Source: an uncultured Alphaproteobacteria bacterium (lineage in GTDB: Bacteria; Pseudomonadota; Alphaproteobacteria; Acetobacterales; Acetobacteraceae). From it: DNA of 64,000 bases. Below the pieces are notes generated by a model. That model had not been told where the DNA came from, did not search any database, and saw only the letters and a program-made list of their open reading frames with translations. Positions 31,080 to 40,940 of the stretch are shown here, one piece after another (position 1 is the stretch's first letter; each line of letters begins with the position of its first letter). The stretch covers positions 302,205-366,204 of the forward strand of contig CAWBVV010000003.1 in the NCBI GenBank assembly GCA_963792345.1, given 5' to 3'. The position numbers and the translations under genes are program-made.

Positions 31080-32015
31080 ATGAAGATCGGATTTATCGGG
31101 CTGGGCATGATGGGTGCGGGGATGGCGTCGAACCTGCAGAAGGCGGGGCATGAGCTTGTCGTTCATGACCTGACGCGGCAGGCGGCGTCGCGGCATCTGA
31201 ATGCGGGCGCCGGTTGGGCTGACAGCCCGCGTGCTGTCGCTGCTTCCTGCGACATCGTATTCACCTCGCTGCCGACACCGAGCGACGTGGAGCGGGTCGG
31301 GACTGGTGAGAATGGGTTGCTGGAAGGTTTTCGGAGCGGTTCGGCCTGGTTCGATCTTTCGACCAATGCGGTGGACGTGGTGCGCTCGCTGCATTCGACG
31401 TTCGCCGAGAAGGGGATCGACTTTCTCGATGCACCGGTCAGTGGCGGGCCGAAGGGCGCCAACAGCGGGCGGCTGGCGATCTGGGTCGGCGGCGACAAGG
31501 CGGCGTTCGACAAATACCATGCTGTCTTGTCCGCGATGGGCGACCAGGCGCTTTATATCGGCCCGATCGGCGCCGGATCGATCGCCAAGCTGGTGCATAA
31601 CGCGACCTCGGCGGCGGTGGGCGTGGTGTTGTCGGAAGTGTTCACCATGGGGATCAAGGCTGGGGTGGAGCCGCTGACGCTGTTTTCGGCGGTGCGCCAG
31701 GGTGCCACCGGCCGCAGCCGGACGTTTGATCGGCTGGCGGACCATTTTCTGACCGGCAGCTATGATCCCGCTGACTTCGCGCTGCGCCTGCTGCACAAGG
31801 ACGTTTCCTTGGCCTGCCAGTTGGCGCGGGAGGTGCAGGTGCCGATGCGTCTGACCAACATGGCGCTGATGGAGCTGACCGAAGCGCTGAACCGCGGCTG
31901 GGGCGCGCGTGATTCACGTGTCGGGTCATTATTGCAGCAGGAGCGCGCCGGCATCGCTCCGGTCGCGGTTTCACCGGAGAAGATCAAGGCTGTGCTCGAC
32001 GCGGATGCCAAGTGA
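31080..32015 (+). CDS. 3-hydroxyisobutyrate dehydrogenase-family oxidoreductase
   Basis: IGFIGLGMMGAGMA, DAPVSGG, KLVHN, KD. Confidence 0.93.
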   Translation: MKIGFIGLGMMGAGMASNLQKAGHELVVHDLTRQAASRHLNAGAGWADSPRAVAASCDIVFTSLPTPSDVERVGTGENGLLEGFRSGSAWFDLSTNAVDVVRSLHSTFAEKGIDFLDAPVSGGPKGANSGRLAIWVGGDKAAFDKYHAVLSAMGDQALYIGPIGAGSIAKLVHNATSAAVGVVLSEVFTMGIKAGVEPLTLFSAVRQGATGRSRTFDRLADHFLTGSYDPADFALRLLHKDVSLACQLAREVQVPMRLTNMALMELTEALNRGWGARDSRVGSLLQQERAGIAPVAVSPEKIKAVLDADAK

Positions 32016-32107
32016 GGCCCGGCTGACGGTGACGTTCCGAGCCTGTCCAGCCTGACTAATTCCGGTTCTTTCCTTAAGCGTATCTTCCGCCACGAAGGAT
32101 TCGTCCA

Positions 32108-33007
32108 ATGCAGCTAGGTGCTCTCGTTCCGTTCACCGATACCGGCGGCGATCCTTCGCTGGTCAGCGATTTCACGCTGCGGCTTGAGGAACTGGGATAC
32201 GATTTCCTGGAGGCCCCGGATCACGTCCTGGGCGGCAATCCCGGAACGAGCGCCAGCCTCGACCCGCGCCGGTCCATCGCCGACGACATGTTCCATGACC
32301 CGTTCGTTCTGCTGGGCTACCTGTCGGCGCTGACGACCCGCCTGGAATTTTCCACCGGCGTGCTGATCGTGGCGCAACGCCAGACAGCCTTGGTCGCGAA
32401 ACAGGCTGCATGTCTGGATGTATTGTGCGGAGGGCGCTTTCGCCTGGGTATCGGGGTCGGCTGGAATCCGGTCGAATTCACCGCGCTGAATGAGAACTTC
32501 CATAACCGTGGCCGGCGGTCGGAAGAGCAGGCGCAGGTAATGCAGGCTTTGTGGGCGCAGCCGCATGTGACGCTCAAGGGCAAGTATCACACGATCGATG
32601 ATGCCGGGATCAATCCGCGGCCGGCAGCGGGGCGGATCCCGCTTTGGTATGGCGGTCACCATGAACACACGCTGCCGCGCATCGCCAAATGGGGCGATGG
32701 GTGGATGCCGAATGCCTATCCGCCGGACCAGTCCGCGCTGGATATTTTCAGCGAACTTCGGCGATTGACGGAACAGGCCGGGCGTGATCCCGCCGCTGTC
32801 GGGATCGAGGTCTGGACCTCCTGCGGGGAAGGCAGCGAGGCTGACTGGCGGCGCGAAACCGCGTTCTGGAAGCAGGCCGGCGTCAGCCACATCTGCCTGA
32901 CCACGACGTTCAACCGGCGTCACCACCATCGTATCGCGGGCCGGGAGGTTGGCGACCACCTGGCGGCGATGAAACGCTATCGCGATGCTGTCGGCGACCT
33001 TCTTTAG
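32108..33007 (+). CDS. LLM class putative F420-dependent oxidoreductase, paralog 1
   Basis: APDHVLG, HDPFVLLGYL, QRQTALVAKQAA, LGIGVGWNPVEF. Confidence 0.9.
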   Translation: MQLGALVPFTDTGGDPSLVSDFTLRLEELGYDFLEAPDHVLGGNPGTSASLDPRRSIADDMFHDPFVLLGYLSALTTRLEFSTGVLIVAQRQTALVAKQAACLDVLCGGRFRLGIGVGWNPVEFTALNENFHNRGRRSEEQAQVMQALWAQPHVTLKGKYHTIDDAGINPRPAAGRIPLWYGGHHEHTLPRIAKWGDGWMPNAYPPDQSALDIFSELRRLTEQAGRDPAAVGIEVWTSCGEGSEADWRRETAFWKQAGVSHICLTTTFNRRHHHRIAGREVGDHLAAMKRYRDAVGDLL

Positions 33008-33017
33008 GGACAAGAAC

Positions 33018-33914
33018 ATGCAAATAGGCGCAACGATTCCGGTGGCGGACCTCGGTACCGGACCGAGTGAGATCCGTGACTATGCACAGACGGTTGAAGG
33101 TCTGGGCTTCGATTACCTGCAAGCCCCGGACCATGTCCTGGGCGCCAATCCGGCAACGACCGAGGGCAAGGGCCGGGTCGGCACCAACGAAAATCCGTAT
33201 CACGATCCATTCGTGCTGTTCGGGTTCCTGGCGGGTTGCACGCAGCGTCTGGGCTTCGCGCCCGGGGTGCTGATCCTGGCGCAGCGACAGGCCGCGCTGG
33301 TCGCGAAGCAAGCCGCATGCCTGGACGTACTGTCGCGCGGGCGCCTGCGGCTTGGGGTTGGTGTCGGCTGGAACAAGGTCGAATTCACCGGGCTGAACGA
33401 GGTGTTCTCCAACCGGGGGCGCCGGTCGGAAGAGCAGGTTCAGGTCATGCAGGCGTTGTGGTCGCAGCCGCATGTGACGTTCAAGGGCCGCTACCACACG
33501 ATCGACGACGCCGGCATCAATCCGCGCCCGGCGTCGGGGCGTATTCCGGTGTGGTTCGGCGGTCATGCGGAAGCGACGCTGGAGCGCACGGCGAAATACG
33601 GCGATGGCTGGATGCCGCTGGCGTATCCCGCGGATGAAAGCGCATTGGCGGTGTTCGAGAGGCTGCGGGGCATGATCAAGGCGGAGGGCCGCGATCCCGC
33701 AAGTGTCGGCCTGGAGGTATGGTTGTCACTCGGGTCGGGCGACGAGGCCGCGTGGCATCGGGATTTTGCCTTCTGGAAGCAGGCCGGCGTGACCCATGTG
33801 ACGGCCCATACGACCTATGCGATGGGTCACCATAAGCGGATCGCCGGCCACTCGACCGCTGACCACATCGCGGCGATCTCGCGGTTCAAGGAGGTCGTGG
33901 CTGACCTGATGTGA
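33018..33914 (+). CDS. LLM class putative F420-dependent oxidoreductase, paralog 2
   Basis: Same motifs as the preceding gene; tandem duplicate. Confidence 0.9.
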   Translation: MQIGATIPVADLGTGPSEIRDYAQTVEGLGFDYLQAPDHVLGANPATTEGKGRVGTNENPYHDPFVLFGFLAGCTQRLGFAPGVLILAQRQAALVAKQAACLDVLSRGRLRLGVGVGWNKVEFTGLNEVFSNRGRRSEEQVQVMQALWSQPHVTFKGRYHTIDDAGINPRPASGRIPVWFGGHAEATLERTAKYGDGWMPLAYPADESALAVFERLRGMIKAEGRDPASVGLEVWLSLGSGDEAAWHRDFAFWKQAGVTHVTAHTTYAMGHHKRIAGHSTADHIAAISRFKEVVADLM

Positions 33915-33969
33915 AATCCTGGGCGCGGGGTTGGTGATCCCGCTGTCCGTGATGCGCCCTGCCTGGCGC

Positions 33970-34172
33970 GTTGCCGAGAGGTTGCCCCATCCTTTGGCTG
34001 ATTGTGCTTGCGTCGACGGGACCGGCGTCAAGCCCGCGCCGCCTTCGGCGGTCGCTGCGCGAGGCTTGACCCCGGCCCCATCGACGAAGCCAGGTTTGGT
34101 GTCGGATTTGTCGCTGGATTTGGCCAGCCTGGGTGCGCCTCATCCGGAACGACAGCTTGGTTGGCTGGACGG
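33970..34172. repeat. Dispersed structured repeat, copy 3
   Basis: GATTGTGCTTGCGTCGACGGGACCGGCGTCAAGCC...TTCGGCGGTCGCTGCGCGAGGCTTGAC...TCGACGAAGC. Confidence 0.9.
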
Positions 34173-35648
34173 CTACCGCTTGAGGTGGCGCAGCAGGGCA
34201 AGCGTGTCGGTCTCGGCGCCGCTTGGCCGTCCCGTCAGGATCCAGGTTCCCAGCAGCACCGCCGTGTAGATAGATGCTCCACCGATGGCGGCTTGCAGCA
34301 TTGGCAACAGGGCGGGGTTGTCGCTCCATCCCAGACCGGACAGGCAAAGCACTGTCGCCATTGCCGTGGTTGCCAGCGCCGGACGCCAGATTGTGCGGGC
34401 GATGGATCTGGGTTCGACGCGAAATCGTCGCGCAGCGGCGGCCACGGTAAGGGCCTGTTCCAGGATGACCGCAACCGTGGCGGCCAAGGCCGCACCTGTC
34501 AGCCCGGACAGCGGGATCAGTGCCGCCAGCAAGACGAGGCGGACAGCCGCGCCGGCGAGGGTGATGCCGACGAGGCGCCCCAGCAGGGCATGTGCGCTGA
34601 GCAGATGCAGGCTGAGGTGTCCAAACACCATGACAGTGAAACCGAGGGACAGGATACGCAGGACCGGCACCGCCTGCATCCAGCCAGGTCCGAACGCCAG
34701 CGCGACCAACGGAGCAGCGACCAGCGACAGGCCAACGCCGGCGGGAAGCGTCAGCAGCGCGGCGGACCCGATCAACCTGAGAAAGGTGTCGCCGATGCTC
34801 GTATTCTGCTGACGAGCGGCGGAGAATCCGGAGAACGCCGCGCGTCCGAGCGGCTCCAGAAGTTCCGTCGTTGGGAGGGCGGCGACCTCGGTACCTACCG
34901 CGTAGAACCCGACGGCTTCGATATTCATCAGTCGCCCGAGCAGCAGGCTGTCGCTGCGTTCCCGTACCAGGATGGCGAGGCTCAGCAGCCACGTCCAGGC
35001 CGAGTAGGCTGCCAGTCCCCGCCATGCAAGCAGCGAGAGAGCGGGCCGGAACGGGTGCATGACGTAGCTCATGACGACGCGCAGTGACCGGTTGACCGCC
35101 ATTCCCAGCAGCATCGCGACGTAGGAGTGCAGCAGCCAAGCCGCCGACATCGCGGCAATGATGCCGCACAGCTTGGGCAGCACCATGATCGCGAACTCCT
35201 TATGGAAGGCAAAATCGCGACGGAAATCCACCGTCCCGATATTGGCGAGGCCATCCAGCAGCGGAAGGCAGGCGACAACCAGCAGGACCGGTCCCAGCCT
35301 TGGGTCGCCGAAGAAGGTTGCCGCGGGATAGGCGAGGGCGGCGACCAGGACTGTCACCGACGTTCCGCGCAGCAAGTTCAGGGTGAAGGCGGTGTCGTAA
35401 AAACGTGAGTGTGGGTCAGGCTCGCGGATGACGGCTTCCTCGGTGCCCAGTGCCAGCATGCCGTCGATGGTCTGCATGAAGCCGGTCGCCAGCGCGATGA
35501 TGCCGAAATCCGCGGGTTGGATCAGCCTGACCAGCACCAGCGTGCTGAGCAAACCGAGCAGGCGGGTGCCGAGACGCCAGGCGAGGACCCAGCCTGCTCC
35601 ACGGGCGGTGCGGACGAGGAGACTGTCGGTGGAGCTTCGTTCGGACAC
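34173..35648 (-). CDS. Oligosaccharide flippase (Wzx/PST family)
   Basis: RTARGAGW, LVRLIQPADFGIIA, D...LGRL...VGFY; many TM segments. Confidence 0.9.
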   Translation of the reverse strand: MSERSSTDSLLVRTARGAGWVLAWRLGTRLLGLLSTLVLVRLIQPADFGIIALATGFMQTIDGMLALGTEEAVIREPDPHSRFYDTAFTLNLLRGTSVTVLVAALAYPAATFFGDPRLGPVLLVVACLPLLDGLANIGTVDFRRDFAFHKEFAIMVLPKLCGIIAAMSAAWLLHSYVAMLLGMAVNRSLRVVMSYVMHPFRPALSLLAWRGLAAYSAWTWLLSLAILVRERSDSLLLGRLMNIEAVGFYAVGTEVAALPTTELLEPLGRAAFSGFSAARQQNTSIGDTFLRLIGSAALLTLPAGVGLSLVAAPLVALAFGPGWMQAVPVLRILSLGFTVMVFGHLSLHLLSAHALLGRLVGITLAGAAVRLVLLAALIPLSGLTGAALAATVAVILEQALTVAAAARRFRVEPRSIARTIWRPALATTAMATVLCLSGLGWSDNPALLPMLQAAIGGASIYTAVLLGTWILTGRPSGAETDTLALLRHLKR

Positions 35649-35748
35649 ACGGAATTTGTTACCATAGCGTGCCGGGCGGTTCCCAGCTAATCCGAGGGAG
35701 TGCCGATCCGGTTCTGGACGAAATCACAGTGCCGGATCATGGTATGGC

Positions 35749-36435
35749 ATGAGCATCATGATGCACGACCTTGCCGGAGCCGATCCGGACCTGCGGTTCA
35801 GCCCCTATTGCTGGCGGACCCGGTTTGCGCTGGCCCATAAGGGGCTTCCGGTGGAAACGACGCCTTGGCGCTTCACCGACCGCGAGGCGATTGCTTTTTC
35901 GGGGCAGGCCAAGGTTCCCGTGCTCCAGCACGATGGGAAGGTGATTTCCGACAGTTGGAGGATCGCTGAATACCTGGAGGACGAGGTACCGGCGCCGACC
36001 TTGTTTGGCGGACCGACCGGACGCGCCCATGCCGCGTTCATCAATGCCTGGACCGATGGCGTGCTGGTGGGGGCGATTGCTCGATTGATCGTGCGGGATC
36101 TGCTGGATGTCATCGACCCGAAGGACCGGGACTATTTTCGTTCCAGCCGCGAGGCTCGGTTCGGCATGAGCCTGGAAGAGGTACAGGCGGGACGGGAGGG
36201 GAGGCTTGCTGCCTTCCGCGATGTGCTGTTGCCGGTCCGCCTGGTGCTACGGCGGCAAGAATGGCTTGGAGGGGCGGCACCAAGCTATGCGGATCATATT
36301 GTTATGGGAACGCTGATGTGGCCGCGCTGCGGCAGCAGGTTTGCGTTACTTGAGGACAATGACCCAGTGATGCAATGGCAGAACCGGGTGCTGGACCTGT
36401 ATGGCGGCCTCGGGCGCAGCGCGAAGCGGGCGTAG
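35749..36435 (+). CDS. Glutathione S-transferase, LigE-like class
   Basis: FSPYCWRTRFALAHKGL, KVPVL, DSWRIAEYLE, PSYAD. Confidence 0.9.
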   Translation: MSIMMHDLAGADPDLRFSPYCWRTRFALAHKGLPVETTPWRFTDREAIAFSGQAKVPVLQHDGKVISDSWRIAEYLEDEVPAPTLFGGPTGRAHAAFINAWTDGVLVGAIARLIVRDLLDVIDPKDRDYFRSSREARFGMSLEEVQAGREGRLAAFRDVLLPVRLVLRRQEWLGGAAPSYADHIVMGTLMWPRCGSRFALLEDNDPVMQWQNRVLDLYGGLGRSAKRA

Positions 36436-36443
36436 AACGCGAG

Positions 36444-36476
36444 GCCGGGACCAGCCTCTTGCGAGTTGGTCCCGGC
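36444..36476. terminator. Hairpin between convergent genes
   Basis: GCCGGGACCAGC / GTTGGTCCCGGC stem; no clear U tract. Confidence 0.5.
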
Positions 36477-36524
36477 GCTGGTTGGCATGGTCACTTCGGA
36501 TGGAAGCGACCACGCCCGATGCGA

Positions 36525-36695
36525 TTAGTTGTCGCCGCCGCCGACGTAACGGCCGCCGAGGCTGTTGGCGGTGTTGTCGTACGGTCCGCTGTGATAGCTG
36601 GTGTGTGGCGATCCCGCGATAAAGGCATGCGCCATTGGGGCAATGCCGGTGGTCATGGTAAGCGCCGCGATCGCGGCCAGAATAAGCTTCTTCAT
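36525..36695 (-). CDS. Small secreted peptide (56 aa)
   Basis: MKKLILAAIAALTMTTGIAPMAHA signal peptide; GAGGAG RBS. Confidence 0.75.
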   Translation of the reverse strand: MKKLILAAIAALTMTTGIAPMAHAFIAGSPHTSYHSGPYDNTANSLGGRYVGGGDN

Positions 36696-36938
36696 CTCTA
36701 ATCTCTCCTCTACCGGTGGCGCGCGGAATAGCGCGTCTCCTCCGGGTTCCGTGTCGCTCAAGAAGGGGCAGGATCACTGACCTCCCTGAAGACGACTGCG
36801 CAGTTAGTGCCGGTATGTGCAGTGCACAATAATCATGGACGCCAATTCATCTTGGCGGCGACACGTCGGCAACGCAGCCATGCGTACACGGCGCTTTTCC
36901 GGTTGAGCAGCCTGTTCCGGGAGTGGTCCCCAGCGGGC

Positions 36939-37870
36939 CTATTCCACCTGGGTCGCCTTGTGCGCCAGCAGGGCCATCAGGCGCCGGTCGCGCCACTCCT
37001 GGCGCACTGACTGCATGTTGGCCGGCAGTTCCGCCCGGCGGGCCGCTTGCAGCCGGCCTATCAGCGCGGCATCCCATTCCAGCGGTTTCATCTGCTGCTG
37101 CATCGTGGCGTAGAGCGGACCATAGCGCTCGCAATAGTCCGCGAGACCGCCGGGAGCGTTCAGGTCGATCGTCTCCAGCGGTCCCATGAAGCTCCAGCGT
37201 AATCCGAGGCCGTGCTTTACCAGCGCATCGAGATCAGCGGGGGTGATGACGTCGTCGGCCAGCAGCCGAAACGCCTCGGCCAGCAATGCGCCCTGCAGCC
37301 GGTTCAGCGCGAAGCCGTCGACTTCCTTTTTCACCGTCGCCGGGACCTGTCCGGCCTGCAGCATGATCGCGCGTGTGCGTTCCACCACCGCGGGATCGGT
37401 CCATGGCGCCGGACAAATCTCCACCAGCGGGCACCAGATAGGGCGGGTTGACCGGGTGGGCGATCGAGGCAACGCTGGCGTGTCTTGAGGTCCTCGGTGA
37501 ACGCGCTGGCGGGGATGCCGGAGGACGACGAAGCGATGACAGCATCCGCGCGCGCGGCGCGTTCCAGTTCGGCGAACAGCGGGCGCTTGATGTCCACGCG
37601 TTCGGGACCGTTCTCCTGGATGTATTCGGCGTCGCGCACGGTTTCCCACAGCGACTGCATCGGCTTGATGCGGGGCAATACCGCGCTGGGTTCCTCCGCG
37701 AGCAGGCCAGCGGCCCGCAGTTCCGGCAGCCGGTCGCCGATGAAGGCCAGTGCCTGGGTGACCTGCAGCGGAAACTGATCCCACAGGCTTACCTGGAAGC
37801 CCGCGCGGGCGAAAACGATGGACCAGGCTCGGCCGATCAGCCCGGCCCCGATGACGGCAACGTTGGTCAT
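36939..37870 (-). CDS. 3-hydroxyacyl-CoA dehydrogenase family (carnitine/gulonate-3-dehydrogenase-like), frameshift ~37460
   Basis: VAVIGAGLIGRAW, QENGPE, HPVNPPYL, GFALNRLQ, GLRWSFMGP. Confidence 0.9.
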
Positions 37871-38079
37871 ACTGGGTTCTCCTGCTGACGCCGGAGATGC
37901 CACGACCGGCCATGGGGAGCAACCGCCTCGGGCATCATAGTGGCATGAGCCAGGGGGGTTCGTTGCGGGTGAAGCCGGTAGGAGGCGCCACGCACCGTGG
38001 CGGGGCGTGGTAGCGACCGGCTTGCGTGAACCGCGCGGTGGCGTCAGTTTCTGCGCCAGTAAGCTGGAGGAAATGCGCA

Positions 38080-39069
38080 ATGAGCAACATGACCCGGGTA
38101 GCGGTGCTGGATGACTGGCAGGGCGTGGCGCGTGGCGCGGCCGATTGGGCGCCTCTGCAAGCCAGGGCCGAGGTCGTGTTCTTCTCCGACGCATTCGCCG
38201 ACCAGGACGACGCGGCGGCGAAACTCGCTGATTTCGACATCGTGCTTTCGATGCGGGAGCGGACGCCGTTGCCGGGCAGCTTGATCAACCGGCTGCCGAA
38301 GCTGCGGATGCTGGGGATGACCGGCGCGCGCAACCTCTCGCTCGACACGCCGGCCTGCACCGCGCGAGGGATACCGGTTTGCTGCACCCAAGGTGGCGGC
38401 TACAACGACTCCGCGACGGCGGAGCTTGCGCTGGGCCTGCTGATCGCGGCGGCGCGCGGGCTTGCGGTGGGTGATGCGAATATCCGAGCGGGAAAGTTCC
38501 AGATGGGCGTGCCGGTCGGGATCGGGCTGGCGGGAAAGACGCTGGGTGTGCTTGGGCTGGGCAAGCTGGGCGGCTACATGGCGGGGTATGCGAAGGCTCT
38601 GCGCATGAATGTCATCGCCTGGAGCCAGAACCTGAAGCCGGAGCGGGCCGCCGAGGTCGGGGCGACGCTGGTCTCCAAGGATGAACTGATGTCCACGGCG
38701 GATGCGATCAGCATCCATATGGTGTTGTCCGATCGCAGCCGCGGACTTGTGGGCCGTTCCGATATCGCGCGAATGCGGCCTGGCACGATCCTGGTGAACA
38801 CGTCGCGCGGCCCGATCATTGACGAGGCCGCCATGCTGGAAGCGCTGCACGCCAACAAGATCATCGCCGCGCTCGATGTTTATGACCGGGAACCGCTGCC
38901 GGCCGATCACCCGCTGCGCCGGGCGCCGAACACGGTGCTGAGCCCGCATCTGGGATACTGCGTGAAGGAGACCTGGGACGGCTTCTATCCGCAGATGATC
39001 GAGAATGCGCTGGCGTTCATGGACGGGAAGCCGGTGCGGGTGACCAACCCTGAGGTGCTGAAGACTTAA
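38080..39069 (+). CDS. D-2-hydroxyacid dehydrogenase family
   Basis: VLDDWQ, MRERTP, GVLGLGKLG, NTSRGP, SPHLGY. Confidence 0.93.
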   Translation: MSNMTRVAVLDDWQGVARGAADWAPLQARAEVVFFSDAFADQDDAAAKLADFDIVLSMRERTPLPGSLINRLPKLRMLGMTGARNLSLDTPACTARGIPVCCTQGGGYNDSATAELALGLLIAAARGLAVGDANIRAGKFQMGVPVGIGLAGKTLGVLGLGKLGGYMAGYAKALRMNVIAWSQNLKPERAAEVGATLVSKDELMSTADAISIHMVLSDRSRGLVGRSDIARMRPGTILVNTSRGPIIDEAAMLEALHANKIIAALDVYDREPLPADHPLRRAPNTVLSPHLGYCVKETWDGFYPQMIENALAFMDGKPVRVTNPEVLKT

Positions 39070-39326
39070 GCCCCGACCGCGCAAGCCGACCGCGCGCATT
39101 CGGACGGGTCATCCAGATCGACCGCGGGTTTTGCCAGGTTACGGTTTGATGAACCCTGGCGTGCGGCGGATGCGACCGAACCGGGGCGTTGCGGCAGAAA
39201 ATCCCTTGGTGTCAGACGGTTGGCGTGGACGCATGCGCCTGCTCGTATCGATACGAGAAGAGCTACATCAAGTCGCCGTGCCGGGCTGGGTTCTATTCTA
39301 GCTTCCATCGCTCAAGGGGAAGCCTG

Positions 39327-40811
39327 ATGGACCTGCACCATACGCCGGATGCGCCGGAAACTGACGCGCAGATGCTGATGGACGAGGTCCTGGCCTTGCG
39401 CACGTCGCTTGCACGCGCGGCGGAGCCGCTGATTGCCCGGTTCGGCCCCGGCGCCAACACGGAATCTGTCGCCAATCTCGCGCATTATCTGTCGCTGCGT
39501 CATCATGACCTGCGTCCATTGCAGCGACGGCTGATGTCGCACGGCCTGTCTTCGTTGGGGCGGATGGAAAGCCGGGTGATGCCGACGCTGGACGCCGTTC
39601 TTGGGGCACTCGGAGCGGTCGCCGGGCGGCCGTCGCCGTTTCCAAGCCCAAGCACCGAGGCGTTTTTCGCGGGCGAGACGCGTCTGACGGCCGCCACCGA
39701 CATCCTGTTCGGGCCGCCGCCGCTGCATCGCCGGGGCCGTATCATGGTCACCATGCCGACCGAGGCGGCGGGCGACCCGGCGTTCATGATCGATCTCGCG
39801 CGGCGTGGAATGGACATCGCGAGGATCAACTGCGCACATGACGACGCTGCTGCCTGGCGCGCCATGGCGACGAATGTCAGGATAGCGAGTGATGCGGCCG
39901 GCCGCCGGCTGGCGGTCCTGATGGACATCGCCGGCCCCAAGATCCGCACCGAAGCCGTGGCGGGGCCGGACCACAAGCCCCGCCTGCAATCGGGCGACGC
40001 GTTTCGGCTGGTCTCTGAGGGGTTGCCGCGAACAACGCCTGACGTACCGTTCTGCGCCGCGGTGTCGTTGCCCGAGATGGTGAACCGCCTGGCCGTCGGC
40101 GACCGGGTTCGCTACGACGACGGCAAGCTTGAGGGCGTCGTCGAAAGCCTGGGAGCGGGGGAGGCGGTTGTGCGGGTCGGGCAGACCAAGGCCGGCGGCA
40201 CCAGATGGCGGCCGGAAAAAGGCATCAATCTTCCCGATACGGCGCTCGGCCTGTCGCCGCTGACCGCCAAGGACGAGGCCGATCTCGCTGTTGTGGTCGA
40301 GTGCGCCGACATGATCGGGTATTCATTCGTAAGCCGGCCGGAGGACATCAACCTGCTGGAGGACGCGCTCGGGCGGTTTGGCGCGCCGGACCGTCCGCTG
40401 GGTCTGGTGGCGAAGATCGAGCGTCCGGAGGCGGTGCGGAACCTGCCCGCGCTTATCGCATGCGTCAGCGGCAGGCGGCCGTTCGGCGTGATGATCGCAA
40501 GCGGCGACCTGGCGGCGGAAATCGGGTTTGAGCGGTTGGCCGAGATGCAGGAGGAAATCCTGTGGATCTGTGAGGCAGCCTGTGTTCCGGCGATCTGGGC
40601 AACGCAGGTGCTGGAGGATTTCGTCAAGCACGGCGTCCATTCCCGAGGCGAGATGACGGACGCGGCGATGGCGTCGCGGGCCGAATGCGTAATGTTGAAC
40701 AAGGGGCCGGAGGTCGGCGCCGCGATTGAACTGCTCGACCGATTGCTGGCCCGCATGGATACGCACGTCTTCAAGAAGACGCCGACGCTGCGGGCATTGC
40801 ACTCCTGGTAG
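39327..40811 (+). CDS. pyk: Pyruvate kinase (type with N-terminal extension, no C domain)
   Basis: ARINCAH, DIAGPKIRT, KGINLP, AKIE, ATQVLE, ECVMLN. Confidence 0.88.
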   Translation: MDLHHTPDAPETDAQMLMDEVLALRTSLARAAEPLIARFGPGANTESVANLAHYLSLRHHDLRPLQRRLMSHGLSSLGRMESRVMPTLDAVLGALGAVAGRPSPFPSPSTEAFFAGETRLTAATDILFGPPPLHRRGRIMVTMPTEAAGDPAFMIDLARRGMDIARINCAHDDAAAWRAMATNVRIASDAAGRRLAVLMDIAGPKIRTEAVAGPDHKPRLQSGDAFRLVSEGLPRTTPDVPFCAAVSLPEMVNRLAVGDRVRYDDGKLEGVVESLGAGEAVVRVGQTKAGGTRWRPEKGINLPDTALGLSPLTAKDEADLAVVVECADMIGYSFVSRPEDINLLEDALGRFGAPDRPLGLVAKIERPEAVRNLPALIACVSGRRPFGVMIASGDLAAEIGFERLAEMQEEILWICEAACVPAIWATQVLEDFVKHGVHSRGEMTDAAMASRAECVMLNKGPEVGAAIELLDRLLARMDTHVFKKTPTLRALHSW

Positions 40812-40940
40812 CCTAGGTGCGCACAGCCTGAGGGACGTCAATACAGCGCAAGATTACCGCGAGCATCTTGCGCGCCGGACCCGACCGCATGATCCTGCGT
40901 TGAATTCTCGGGGGAATCATCATGTCCATCACCGCCAGGT

